DNA of 64,000 bases, taken from Eledone cirrhosa. Taxonomy: Eukaryota. The notes beneath the pieces are model-generated. The model saw only the letters and a list, made by a program, of their open reading frames with translations. It ran no database searches and had not been told where the DNA came from. A program made the translations under genes and the position numbers. The stretch spans positions 73,718,001-73,782,000 of the forward strand of contig OZ024743.1 of the NCBI GenBank assembly GCA_964016885.1, written 5' to 3'. This document shows, in pieces, positions 27,835 to 41,074 of this stretch (within the stretch, counting starts at the first letter, position 1; the number at the start of each line of letters is the position of its first letter).

Positions 27835-30800
27835 GATGGGAGGAAGGTATAAAAGCCAACTTTGATGTTCGTGCCTAGCTATGGTCATGAATTTGGGGTA
27901 TTGACCGAAAGAGTACGGTCGCAAATATGTGGGGCAATGGAGTTCTCCCAAAGAGTGTTTGGAGAACGTTACTCGATAGAGTACATAGCTCGGTGTTGAG
28001 GGAGTCGCTCCAGGCTGGAGTACCGTTACTCGATAGAGTACATAGCTCGGTGTTGAGGGAGTCGCTCCAGGCTGGAGTACCGTTACTCGATAGAGTACAT
28101 AGCTCGGTGTTCAGGAAGTCGCTCCAGGCTGGAGTACCGTTACTCGATAGAGTACATAGCTCGGTGTTCAGGGAGTCGCTCCAGGCTGGAGTACCGTTAC
28201 TCTATAGAGTACATAGCTCGGTGTTCAGGGAGTCGCTTCAGGATGGAGTACCGTTACTCGATAGAGTACATAGTTCGGTGTTCAGGGAGTCGCTCCAGGC
28301 TGGAGTACCGTTACTCTATAGAGTACATAGCTCGGTGTTCAGGGAGTCACTCCAGGCTGGAGTAACGTTACTCGATAGAGTACATAGTTCAGTGTTCAGG
28401 GAGTCGCTCCAGGTTGGAGTACCGTTACTCGATAGAGTACATAGCTCGGTGTTCAGGGAGTCACTCCAGGCTGGAGTAACGTTACTCGATAGAGTATATA
28501 GCTCGGTGTTCAGGGAGTCACTCCAGGCTGGAGTGATGTGACTCGATAGAGTACATAGCTCGGTGTTCAGGGAGTCGCTCCAGGCTGGAGTAACGTTACT
28601 CGATAGAGTACATAGCTCGGTGTTCAGGGAGTCACTCCAGGCTGGAGTGATGTGACTCGATAGAGTACATGGCTCGGTGTTCAGGGAGTCGCTCCAGGCT
28701 GGAGTACCGTTACTCGATAGAGTACATAGCTCGGTGTTCAGGGAGTCGCTCCAGGTTGGAGTAACGTTACTCGATAGAGTACATAGCTCGGTGTTCAGGG
28801 AGTCGCTCAAGGTTGGAGTAACGTTACTCGATAGAGTACATAGTTCAGTGTTCAGGGAGTCGCTCCAGGTTGGAGTAACGTTACTCGATAGAGTACATAG
28901 TTCGGTGTTCAGGGAGTCGCTCCAGGCTGGAGTAACGTTACTCGATAGAGTACATAGCTCGGTGTTCAGGGAGTCGCTCAAGGTTGGAGTAACGTTACTC
29001 GATAGAGTACATAGCTCGGTGTTCAGGGAGTCGCTCCAGGCTGGAGTAACGTTACTCGATAGAGTACATAGCTCGGTGTTCAGGGAGTCGCTCTAGGCTG
29101 GAGTAACGTTACTCGATAGAGTACATAGTTCGGTGTTCAGGGAGTCGCTCCAGGTTGGAGTAACGTTACTCGATAGAGTACATAGCTCGGTGTTCAGGGA
29201 GTCGCTCTAGGCTGGAGTAACGTTACTCGATAGTGTACATAGCTCGGTGTTCAGGGAGTCGCTCCAGGTTGGAGTAACGTTACTCGATAGAGTACATAGT
29301 TCGGTGTTCAGGGAGTCGCTCCAGGCTGGAGTAACGTTACTCGATAGAGTACATAGCTCGGTGTTCAGGGAGTCGCTCAAGGTTGGAGTAACGTTACTCG
29401 ATAGAGTACATAGCTCGGTGTTCAGGGAGTCGCTCCAGGCTGGAGTAACGTTACTCGATAGAGTACATAGCTCGGTGTTCAGGGAGTCGCTCTAGGCTGG
29501 AGTAACGTTACTCGATAGAGTACATAGTTCGGTGTTCAGGGAGTCGCTCCAGGTTGGAGTAACGTTACTCGATAGAGTACATAGCTCGGTGTTCAGGGAG
29601 TCGCTCTAGGCTGGAGTAACGTTACTCGATAGAGTACATAGTTCGGTGTTCAGGGAGTCGCTCCAGGATGGAGTACCGTTACTCGATAGAGTACATAGTT
29701 CGGTGTTCAGGGAGTCGCTCCAGGCTGGAGTAACGTTACTCGATAGAGTACATAGCTCGGTCTTCAGGGAGTCGCTCCAGGCTGGAGTAACGTTACTCGA
29801 TAGAGTACATAGCTCGGTGTTCAGGGAGTCACTCCAGGCTGGAGTGATGTGACTCGATAGAGTACATGGCTCGGTGTTCAGGGAGTCGCTCCAGGCTGGA
29901 GTACCGTTACTCTATAGAGTACATAGTTCGGTGTTCAGGGAGTCGCTCCAGGTTGGAGTAACGTTACTCGATAGAGTACATAGCTCGGTGTTCAGGGAGT
30001 CGCTCAAGGTTGGAGTAACGTTACTCGATAGAGTACATAGTTCAGTGTTCAGGGAGTCGCTCCAGGTTGGAGTAACGTTACTCGATAGAGTACATAGCTC
30101 GGTGTTCAGGGAGTCGCTCCAGGTTGGAGTAACGTTACTCGATAGAGTACATAGTTCAGTGTTCAGGGAGTCGCTCCAGGGTGGAGTAACGTTACTCGAT
30201 AGAGTACATAGTTCAGTGTTCAGGGAGTCGCTCCAGGTTGGAGTAACGTTACTCGATAGAGTACATAGTTCGGTGTTCAGGGAGTCGCTCCAGGTTGGAG
30301 TAACGTTACTCGATAGAGTACATAGCTCTGTGTTCAGGGAGTCGCTCCAGACTGGAGTAACGTTACTCGATAGAGTACATAGCTCGGTCTTCAGGGAGTC
30401 GCTCCAGGCTGGAGTAACGTTACTCGATAGAGTACATAGCTCGGTGTTCAGGGAGTCACTCCAGGCTGGAGTGATGTGACTCGATAGAGTACATGGCTCG
30501 GTGTTCAGGGAGTCGCTCCAGGCTGGAGTACCGTTACTCGATAGAGTACATAGTTCAGTGTTCAGGGAGTCGCTCCAGGTTGGAGTAACGTTACTCGATA
30601 GAGTACATAGTTCGGTGTTCAGGGAGTCGCTCCAGGCTGGAGTACCGTTACTCTATAGAGTACATAGCTCGGTGTTCAGGGAGTCGCTCCAGGTTGGAGT
30701 AACGTTACACGATAGAGTACATAGTTCAGTGTTCAGGGAGTCGCTCCAGGTTGGAGTAACGTTACTCGATAGAGTACATAGTTCAGTGTTCAGGGAGTCG

Positions 30801-31140
30801 CTCCAGGTTGGAGTAACGTTACTCGATAGAGTACATAGTTCGGTGTTCAGGGAGTCGCTCCAGGCTGGAGTACCGTTACTCGATAGAGTACATAGCTCGG
30901 TGTTCAGGAAGTCGCTGCAGGTTGGAGTAACGTTACTCGATAGAGTGCATAGTTCGGTGTTCAGGGAGTCGTTCCAGGTAGATTCATTACTGCTTCAAAT
31001 TGAGAGATCACAGCTCCGATACTATGAATATGTGATTAAAATATTTCAGGAAAGAATCACTGGACATATTTTACGAGCAAAGCCGATCGGTAGAGACCCA
31101 AAGGTTTGCATGAGCAATAGGAGACGGTTACGTCGGATAC
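27835..31140 (+). mobile_element. RTE-clade LINE fragment split by an internal minisatellite
   Basis: Left flank YGHEFGVLTERVRSQI; right flank LLLQIERSQLRYYEYV..QERITGHILRAKPIGR, matching the RTE post-RT region. Confidence 0.8.
27968..30978. repeat. 57-bp (19-codon) minisatellite, about 53 units
   Basis: gttactcgatagagtacatagctcggtgttcagggagtcgctccaggctggagtaac repeated in tandem. Confidence 0.97.
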
Positions 31141-31537
31141 GACCTTCTAGAATGTTTCTGAGTAGATTATGCGGGAATTTCTAGCATTTGCCTTCTAATC
31201 CTTCATTGACGCATTTTGCTGAAAATTCCAGTATTTTTAGAGTTCACTCACATTTACTATAGTTGGGGATCCGCTCTCTTTTGATTGGTAGGGGTAATGT
31301 TTGGGATAGCTCACCTCTAAAGAATGAGCTTACTTACTTTGTTTTCATATCTGTATTACTTAGGTGGCAAATCTCTTACATGTACCGTGTGTTGTCTGAT
31401 CTGTAGAGTCTGATAAGAAAGTCTGTTACTTTTACATATATATTACCCTCTTTCTTGTTTTCATTCCCCTTCGTGATCAGTTTTAGTCATATCACTATGA
31501 ATAATAGTAACCAATGCACAATTGGTCATACACATAT

Positions 31538-31615
<78 letters not shown>

Positions 31616-31734
31616 GTATAGTATATTTGGCAATATACCGTATGTTTAATTAAAAACATTTAGAAGACCATACGCTATCGGTTTTAAAGTAGTGACTATG
31701 TCACTTACTTCTTTTCGGCGAAAGAAGGGAGAGA

Positions 31735-31776
31735 AGCTAACAGTCTGTTTCACGCTGGTTGGCGATCATCAGAGCC
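31735..31776 (-). ncRNA. Type I hammerhead motif in a diverged relative (31640-31840) of the 310-bp unit
   Basis: ggct-CTGATGA-t cgc caacca gcg t-GAAA-cagactg-TT-agct. The flank aaacatttagaagacc..cgctat matches the 310-bp unit. Confidence 0.7.
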
Positions 31777-31945
31777 ACGCGCCCCCTGCGAAAATTATAG
31801 AAGCTGTATTCTTATAGAATTCTAGTAATAATCAGGAGCTATGTGTGTGGGTGTGTGTGTGCGAGCGCGCTCGTGTAAGTGTCTGTGTGCGCTTCTGATC
31901 AGCACGTACACACACACACACACTCATACATATATATATATACAT

Positions 31946-31976
<31 letters not shown>

Positions 31977-32052
31977 ATTTAGGTAATAACATGTGCTTAT
32001 GCCGTATACTACTAAATAAAATTAGTCTGTTAGTTGGGAAATCCTCTGAATG

Positions 32053-32140
32053 GAAAAAAAGTACACGGGACATGGGACACGAACCCACATCTTTGGTTTG
32101 CCGGACCAATGTGGTACCATTAGTAACATGTTCCGGTACA
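32053..32140 (-). other. tRNA-like sequence followed by an oligo-T terminator
   Basis: Anticodon-like arm ttggt-ccggcaa-accaa, T-arm gtggg-ttcgtgt-cccat, then an oligo-T run. Acceptor and D arms are imperfect. Confidence 0.5.
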
Positions 32141-32869
32141 TGGGAATTATGTTAAGGATACTCGTATCTGTGGCATGAGCAGGATGGATGTCTCGTTGAT
32201 CGAATAACCGGAACACTCATCGTCGAAATCGAAGAAGATCCCTCGATTAATTTGTTATAATATTTCATAGTGCACGTAATAGCGCTGATAAGTCTGTGTG
32301 GAGTAAATGACTTATATTATTTACTTTCGTCCCTTTGATTCTGCTTGGGTCAAAACTTAAACACCTTTTTAAAGTTGATAAAACATACTTTAATACGATA
32401 TTGAGACGGGTCTATTGATTATACAGCCCGACCCCATCCCACTGATAATAGACTTCGTGCCTAATCTAAAGAAACAGGTATATCTCAATGATCGTGTGTA
32501 CTAGATCAATAGTTAAGCTTCCAGGATTGAGCAATGGGCTAAAATAATAGACAGAGAAATTCACGACATGATTTTGATTCCAGGCTGGAAGTCATTTTCA
32601 GTTTACAAACGCCGCCGTTGAACACCACCAGACCTCATTTCTCATGTCTATTGTTCTATGTAAAAAGAAAAACACACACACATACAATTTAAATCTAGAA
32701 AAAGCACAGTGACAGCATAAAGGATATCTTACAAGCAGACATAAAAAGAGGCCCTTCAACGATAGGATGTCCTCAGTCCTGCAACCAACGACATATTTTT
32801 ATGGACTGATTTTCGAGAGGGAACATAAATGTTGCCGAGTAGGAGACACTGGAAAATATAGGGCCATAC

Positions 32870-33650
32870 ACATCGACATATTTACACACATATAAATACA
32901 CTACACATACATGTACACACATGTACACATACATGTACACACATATATACATACACATATATAAATACACTACACATACATGTACACACATGTACACGTA
33001 CACGTACATGTACACACATATATACATACACATATATAAATACACTACACATACATGTACACACATATATACATACACATATATAAATACACTACACATA
33101 CATGTACACACATATATACATACACATATATAAATACACTACACATACATGTACACACATATATACATACACATATATAAATACACTACATATACATGTA
33201 CACACATATATACATACACATATATAAATACATTACACATACATGTACACACATATATACATACACATATATAAATACACTACATATACATGTACACACA
33301 TAATAACATACGGGCACATATGCACAAACACACTCATACAAAGACATACAAACATACGTACTAATACAATGCATACACATATATACTAACACTTATGTAC
33401 ATACACATAGACACATACAAGACTATGCTCATATGTACATACACATAAACATATACAAGAACATACATACATGCAAGCATAGACATATATGTACACGTAT
33501 ATACATATATGTGTGTATGCACAAACACACTCATATAAACACGCATACAAACATACGTACTCATACACACATACAGATATGTACATACACGATCATGCAC
33601 ATATGTACATATACATAAACGCATACAAGAACATGCACACATACATACAC
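32870..33650. repeat. Compound AC/AT minisatellite (about 42-bp units) grading into degenerate microsatellite
   Basis: Recurrent catatataaatacactacacatacatgtacaca. Confidence 0.85.
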
Positions 33651-33755
33651 GCATCAACGGTGATAGTGGTGATGGTGGTGTTGGTGTTGGTGGTGGTGGT
33701 GGTGGTTGTGGTATTGGTGGTGGTGTTGGTGATGGTGGTGGTGGTGGTGTTAGTG

Positions 33756-33787
<32 letters not shown>

Positions 33788-34564
33788 GGTGGTGGGGTTT
33801 AGTGGTGGTGGTGGTGGTGGATGTGGTGGTGATGGTGGTGATAGTGGTGGTGGAAGTGGTGGTGGTGATGGTGGTGGTGTTGGTGGTGGTGGTGGTGGTG
33901 GTGATGAGGATGGTGGTGTTGGTGGTGGTGTTGTTGATGGCGGTGGTGGTGATGGTGGTCGTAGTGTTGGTGATCGTGGTGGTGATAGTAGTGGAGGTGG
34001 AGGTGGTGGTGGTTGTGGTGATGATGATGGTGGTGTTGGTGATGGTGGTGGTGTTGATGGCGGTGGTGGTGATGGTTGTAGCAGTAGTAATTGCCGTCTA
34101 TGGTATGATGATGATGATGATGACGATGATGATGATCTAGCAGTGACTAAGAACTCAACAAGAAAAAACTTTCTCTATGATAAAAGGTCACAGAAAATAT
34201 CTCCTTCCTCCAGCTACCTATTTATACTCACATACATACATACATACATACCCACGCACATACATACATACATACATACATACATACATACATACATACA
34301 TACATACATACATACATACATACATACATGATGGATGTCCCCTCATTATCGAGTATGGCCATTGCACGATATAACATTATTAATAATTATCAATTAAGCT
34401 ATCGTGCAATGCCTGTGCGTGAAGATTTTTTTTAAAGTGAGGAAAGACTGTGCACTGAGCCAATGCCACTCTCTGAGCGAAAATAGCTATAACCCATACA
34501 TACATACATACATACATACATACATACATACATACATACATACATACATACATACACACACACA

Positions 34565-34598
<34 letters not shown>

Positions 34599-34660
34599 CA
34601 TACATACATACATACATACATACATACATACATACATACATACATACATACATACATACA

Positions 34661-35133
34661 TAATTAAGGAATACTGGTGGAACCTGAAAATAAAAACTGC
34701 CACCAAATTAAAGCACAACCGGCCTGATATTGTTGTTTGGGACCACACATTGAACTGTTGTGGAGATCAGCTGCCCAGTTGATGTAAACGTTTTCAGAAA
34801 AGTACAAGAGAAGGAGGACATCTACGGACCATTGATGAGGAGTTTACAAATCCAGTATCCAAGATACACCTTTAGCTTCATACCCATCATTATTGGAGCT
34901 ACGGGTTATATACCAACCCGCTTGGACCAAAGTATGACTGAACTTGGATTTGCGGACAAAGAGCGCAACTCCCTAATTCATAATCTACAAATGGCTGCGA
35001 TAGCTGGCACCTTCAAAATTTGCAAAACATTCTTGCGATTCAAGGGATGATAATTTCTTTTCTTTTACAACCTTGCCACCAGGAAGGTGACCGGTCAAAT
35101 AAATATACTCGAAATTAAGAGAAAGAGATAACA
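34661..35133 (+). mobile_element. 5'-truncated Dong/R4-like non-LTR element (RLE domain) in (CATA)n
   Basis: KEYWWN..KHNRPDIVVWD..EISCPVDVN..KEDIYGPL..IPIIIGATG; (CATA)n on both sides. Confidence 0.8.
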
Positions 35134-35164
<31 letters not shown>

Positions 35165-35221
35165 CATACATACATACATACATACATACATACATACATA
35201 CATACATACATACATACATAC

Positions 35222-35830
35222 ATGCAGACTCTGCAGAACTAACATCGAGGATATCACCCATGTCATCAGCAGCTGTCCTAAGATGTCATCACGGTACTAT
35301 CTACCTATGAGGCATGATGTAGTGGCCAAAACACTGTACAATGCAGTTCGTAAAAAAGATAGCCCCGATAATAAACACATTAAAAGCTACATCAATGTGG
35401 AAGACATTCATGTACATAATATGAAAGAGTACTGGTGGAATGTTCCAGTAAAAACCCCAGTAAAATGCAGGCATAACAGACTAGATATTATGATATGGGA
35501 CAAGGAGAAGAAAACATGCACAGTAGTGGAAATTAGCCGCCCAGCAGATGCCAATATAATATCAAAGATTAGCGAAAAGGAGAATATTTATGCAGAACTG
35601 ATGAGAAATCTGCAGATACTCCACCCTGATTACACCTTCAGATTTATGCCTGTGATTATTGGAGCACTGGGGTATGTTAGTAACTGCCTCAATACAAATC
35701 TTGAGAAGCTAGGCTTCACAGGAACAGAAAGAACACAACTAGTTAGGAAATTACAAGTACAATCCATTAATGGAACAGTAAAAATATGTAAAACATTCCA
35801 AATATGTTGCATCTAATAACTGCATATACA
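35222..35830 (+). mobile_element. Second Dong/R4-like family fragment (zinc knuckle plus RLE)
   Basis: CRLCRTNIEDITHVISSCPKM..RHDVVAK..HNRLDIMIWD..VEISRP..KENIY..PVIIGALG; begins directly after (CATA)n. Confidence 0.8.
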
Positions 35831-36059
35831 CATGTACAGATACAAAGGATATACACATGCACACATACAACTCAAAACATACACATCCACACATACGATA
35901 ACATCCATATCTACACATGCATGCATGCAGACATACATACATATCTACCTAGTTGATGTTGTGTAAATTCCACTGAGAGAGTCTTGTGTCTATGTTAGAA
36001 ACCGACTCTCTCTCTATTGGGAAAAAATTTGTGAAATTATAAAACCAGAAGAACATACA

Positions 36060-36694
36060 TTCATGATGGCTGCAAATTCTGCTAAGAGTATTGCAATCGC
36101 TTGTCAGATTATAGAGTTTGGTTCACTTTTAGGCTACGGCCAGCCACACGAACCTGTAACAGTTCCTGAACAAGCAATGCCTGTGCTTTGAAGGTTTTTT
36201 TAAGTGTGGAAAGGCCTTGTACTCGACCAATCCCACTCCGTGAGCATCGAAAACACTACCCGGAAAGGAGAACTGGTCAACATCATCGGATGCTTCTGAA
36301 AACGAAAATGGTCAACATCATCGTATGCCGCAGGTTTTTTTTCAGAGTGTCCTTCTCATAGAAAGGTGTTGTGACAACAGTTGGGGGCCTTTCACTCCCA
36401 GGTAAAAAAAACAAAAAACAAAAAAAAACTACTATTTGGATGGCCGTTGACACTGCTGAGTTACTCTGCCCTTTGCCGGGTCTTGTATTTCATCCCGCAG
36501 GGCATCCAAATATCACCCTCCTCACAAGTAAACTTGATGGGGTGCCGGTTTAGTCGCCGAAGACTCGTCCATGAGACAAGTTGTATTGGGTTACATGTTA
36601 TCAGTAGCACTCGAGAGCGACCAAACATAACATACATACATACATACATACATACACACGCAGACATATATGTGTATGTGTATGTATGTATATA

Positions 36695-36781
<87 letters not shown>

Positions 36782-37189
36782 GAGAAATTTATACTATTTG
36801 AATTTAATCTACCCTCCAGCTTTTATCCATATATACTACTTACAGACCGTACTAACGAAGCAGCACTTCAGAAACAATGTATGCGGTATATTGCTGCGTT
36901 TCAGATGACGTCATTTGGAGCTGAAAAAGATCATACTGACTATGTTTATTTCACAACATTTAAAATCCAAGGCCAATGGTGCCATTTAATTGGCAGCTTA
37001 CTCCCCCAGACAAATAAGGAAGTTTTATGATTATTTTGTTTATGTCTCTCTCACACACACTCACACACCCACACATTACGGTCTCACCTCATACCAGACA
37101 ACACATCCAATACAGTCGTTTTCTCTTTTATCCATCTTCTCTTAACTATTCTCCCGGGTGAAGCCGGGTACCTCAGCTAGCATGTATAC

Positions 37190-37221
<32 letters not shown>

Positions 37222-37770
37222 CATGTTGCTCTAGAATGCTACTGGTAACATGTAGCCCAGTACCACCTGTCTCATGGTCGGGTCTTCGGCGACTAAACCG
37301 GCAACCCCACCAAGCTAGCTTGGTGAGGAGGGTGATATTTGGACGCCTTGCGGGATGAAATACAAGACCCGGCAAAGGGCGGAAGAACTCAGCAGAGTCA
37401 ACTGCCATCCAAATAGTATCTTTTTTCCCCCTTTTTTGTTTTCTTTTTTTCACCTGAGATTGAAAGGCCCCCAGCTGTTGTCACAACTTTCTAGGAGAGG
37501 AAAACTCTGAAAACAAAAAAACCTGCAGGTTCGGAAGCATCCGATGATGTTGACCAGTTCTCCTTTACGGGTAGTGTTTTCGATGCTCAGAGACTAGGAT
37601 TGGTCGAGTGCAAGGCTTTTCCCCACTTAAAAAACCTTCAAAGCACAGGTATTACTTCAGGATACGTTACAGGTTCGTGTGGCTGGCCGTCGCCTATAAT
37701 CGTGTGGTTGGCCGTAGCCTATAATCTGACAAGTGATTGCAATACTCTTAGCAGAGTTTTCAGCCATCAT
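36060..37770. repeat. Two diverged copies of a repeat of about 550 bp in opposite orientation (36060-36630, 37220-37770)
   Basis: Shared blocks such as ccggtttagtcgccgaagac and aggagaactggtcaacatcatcggatgcttc, reverse-complemented. Confidence 0.8.
36770..37180 (+). mobile_element. Non-autonomous Helitron retaining a RepHel coding fragment
   Basis: [30 protein letters not shown] (RepHel N-terminal motif); 3' hairpin cccgggtgaagccggg followed by CTAG. Confidence 0.85.
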
Positions 37771-37779
37771 ATCCATCTG

Positions 37780-37863
<84 letters not shown>

Positions 37864-37905
37864 CCTGCATCTCTCTCTCTCTCTCTCTCCATATATATAT
37901 ATATA

Positions 37906-37974
<69 letters not shown>

Positions 37975-38720
37975 CTACGGCTACAACTTCGATTGATACA
38001 GGGTGACGACTGAAAAACTTGTTCGCTTTCAATCTTTTTTATTTTATTTTCACACATAATACTAAAAAAAAATCCATTACTTATACTTCCAAATAAAATA
38101 ATTAAAAATAAAAACCATGTGTTTACATCATTCAGTCTTTCAGTGGCTACCCTATATCTATTATGATGTATATACATACATACGCACACACATATATATA
38201 TATGAGAGTTACTGATTTCCCATCCATTACATATGTTAAGTTATATTTTGTTATGTTTTAGTTAATGTAGAGAAATGGATGAGAAATCAGTAACTCTCAT
38301 ATTCTACACACATACAAATTTGAACTATACAGAAAATATTGACCTATATCCTCCATAACACGTTTAAGAGCTTTTATGTAATACCTTGCCATACAGTACT
38401 CATATATGCATAATATATTTGCTTGTTTGCTTCCCAGATATATGACTAACGCATGTACAATCTCTACACGCTTGAATACTCCTTTCACATTGCTTCTGTA
38501 ATTATTAGACTATTCTCTTGTATTATCTGTCGCATGTATTCCAATCTGTGCTTTTAATTTTAACTTTAACTTTAACTTGAATTTGAATTATTGTACAATT
38601 CTCGTATAATATATGTCGCATCCATTCCACACTATATATACTAAACTGTTGTTCACAACATCAATATATATGTATCTATAAGATTCTTCAGTTAAATAGG
38701 AGGTTAATTATATGTACAAA

Positions 38721-38784
38721 CATTGATAATGCTCCGATGACTCCAAACTAAAATTTAGAAGAAACAATTGTCAGCGATTAAATG
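38721..38784 (+). ncRNA. Degenerate type I hammerhead (CCGATGA core)
   Basis: aatgct-CCGATGA-stem II-GAAA-caattg-TC-agc; palindromic stem III and a GUC site. Confidence 0.5.
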
Positions 38785-38824
38785 ATTTAAACATAACTTT
38801 GATACTTATGTAATTTATAAATCT

Positions 38825-38896
<72 letters not shown>

Positions 38897-39044
38897 AGGA
38901 AAATGCGAAGTTGAAAATATTAGTGTCCTTTATATACGTATTGTGATATATTGATTCACATATACGATAGAAACACGTATATACGGTCTCCCGCTCCACC
39001 GCACACACTCTGTATACAATACACACACACACACACACACACGC

Positions 39045-39940
39045 AGACACTAGTACACACAGAGAGAAACACTAGTACACACACACACACAGAGGCAATA
39101 GTACACACACATATGCAGAGACACTAGTACACACAAGTAGACACACACACACAGGCACTAGTACACACAGGTACACACAGACACACATAGAGAAATACTA
39201 GTACACAGACACACAGAGAGAAACACTAGTACACACAGACACACAGAGACACTATTACACACAAGTACACACATACACACACACACGCAGAGACACTAGT
39301 ACACACAGACACACAGAGACACTAGTACACACAAGTACACACATACACACACACGCACAGAGACACTAGTACACACAAGTACACACATACACACACACAC
39401 ACGCAGAGACACTAGTACACACAGGCACACAGGCACACAGAGACACTAGTACACACAAGTACACACAGAGAAATTCTAGTACACACAGATACACACACAC
39501 AGAGACACTAATACAAACATGTACACACAGACACACACACAGATACACTAGTACACACAGACACACACATACAATAGTACACACAAGTACACACAGAGAC
39601 ATTCTAGTACACACAGATACACACACACAGAGACACTAATACAAACATGTACACACAGACACACACACACACAGATACACTAGTAAACACAGACACACAC
39701 ATACAATAGTACACACAAGTACACACAGAGACATTCTAGTACACACAGACACACACACAGACACTAGTACAAACAAGTACACACAGACACACACACACGC
39801 AGAGACATTAGTACAAACAAGTACACACAGACACACACACACACACGCAGACAATAGTACACACACAGACACACACACACACACTAGTACACACAGATAC
39901 AGACACAGACCCACAGAGACACTAGTACACACCAGTACAC
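39045..39940. repeat. AC-derived minisatellite punctuated by actagt
   Basis: Recurrent gacactagtacacaca units. Confidence 0.85.
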
Positions 39941-40252
39941 ACCCTTATACATATACCTACACCAAACAATTAAAACGTTATAATTAGTCTTACATAGATA
40001 CTGGTATCTGTACTAGTTTATGACTAGTTAGCATACTTGTTGTTGTTACTGTTGTTGTTGTTACTGTTGTTGTTGTTGTTACTGTTGTTGTTGTTACTGT
40101 TGTTGTTGTTGTTGTTACTGTTGTTGTTGTTACTGTTGTTGTTGTTGTTGCCATCAACCGCCTTGTCAAAACAAAACAAAATCTATTCACACAGACACAC
40201 ATATATATGTATATATATATATATTTATATATATAAATATATATATATATAA

Positions 40253-40312
<60 letters not shown>

Positions 40313-40313
40313 G

Positions 40314-40383
<70 letters not shown>

Positions 40384-40470
40384 CACACACACATACACAC
40401 ACATATATAGATAGATAGATAGATGTGCGCAAACAAACATATATACATACATATATATATGTATATATGC

Positions 40471-40509
<39 letters not shown>

Positions 40510-40579
40510 TATATTTGTGTGTGTGTGTGTGTGTGGGGGGGATCTGTGTGTGTATATATTTCATATATAAATATATATA

Positions 40580-40632
<53 letters not shown>

Positions 40633-40672
40633 ATACTTTGGGAGGGTCATGTTGCCAATAAATTCAGAAACG

Positions 40673-40764
<92 letters not shown>

Positions 40765-41074
40765 ATATACATCGACCAATTGAGTACCAGCTTGAGAAAG
40801 GGAAATTGAGAGAAATGGGGAGAAAGAGAGAAGGAGAGGGTGAGCAAAGAAGAAACAGTTAAAACCCGGGTAGAAGGGAAACCTTATAATGACGGGCTGA
40901 CGTTGTGTAAACAGTGTCTGGTAGGGGTGGGGCCTACAGTGCAGATGCACGGGCTGCTGGGATTGATTTATGGTGCTCTCCACTACGTCCGACACTCCAC
41001 TTCGCAAGACATGTCGCAAGATTTATGACTGTCATAAAATTCATAAACGGTTACGACGCCCACTTCAGACTTGG

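Noticed and set aside
27968-30978. CRISPR-like array or repeat-protein gene
   Set aside because: No unique spacers, in-frame stops, and flanks show an RTE origin.
32185-32230. Hammerhead-like cgatgag...cgagac on the minus strand
   Set aside because: Multiple core mismatches and no stem I or III pairing.
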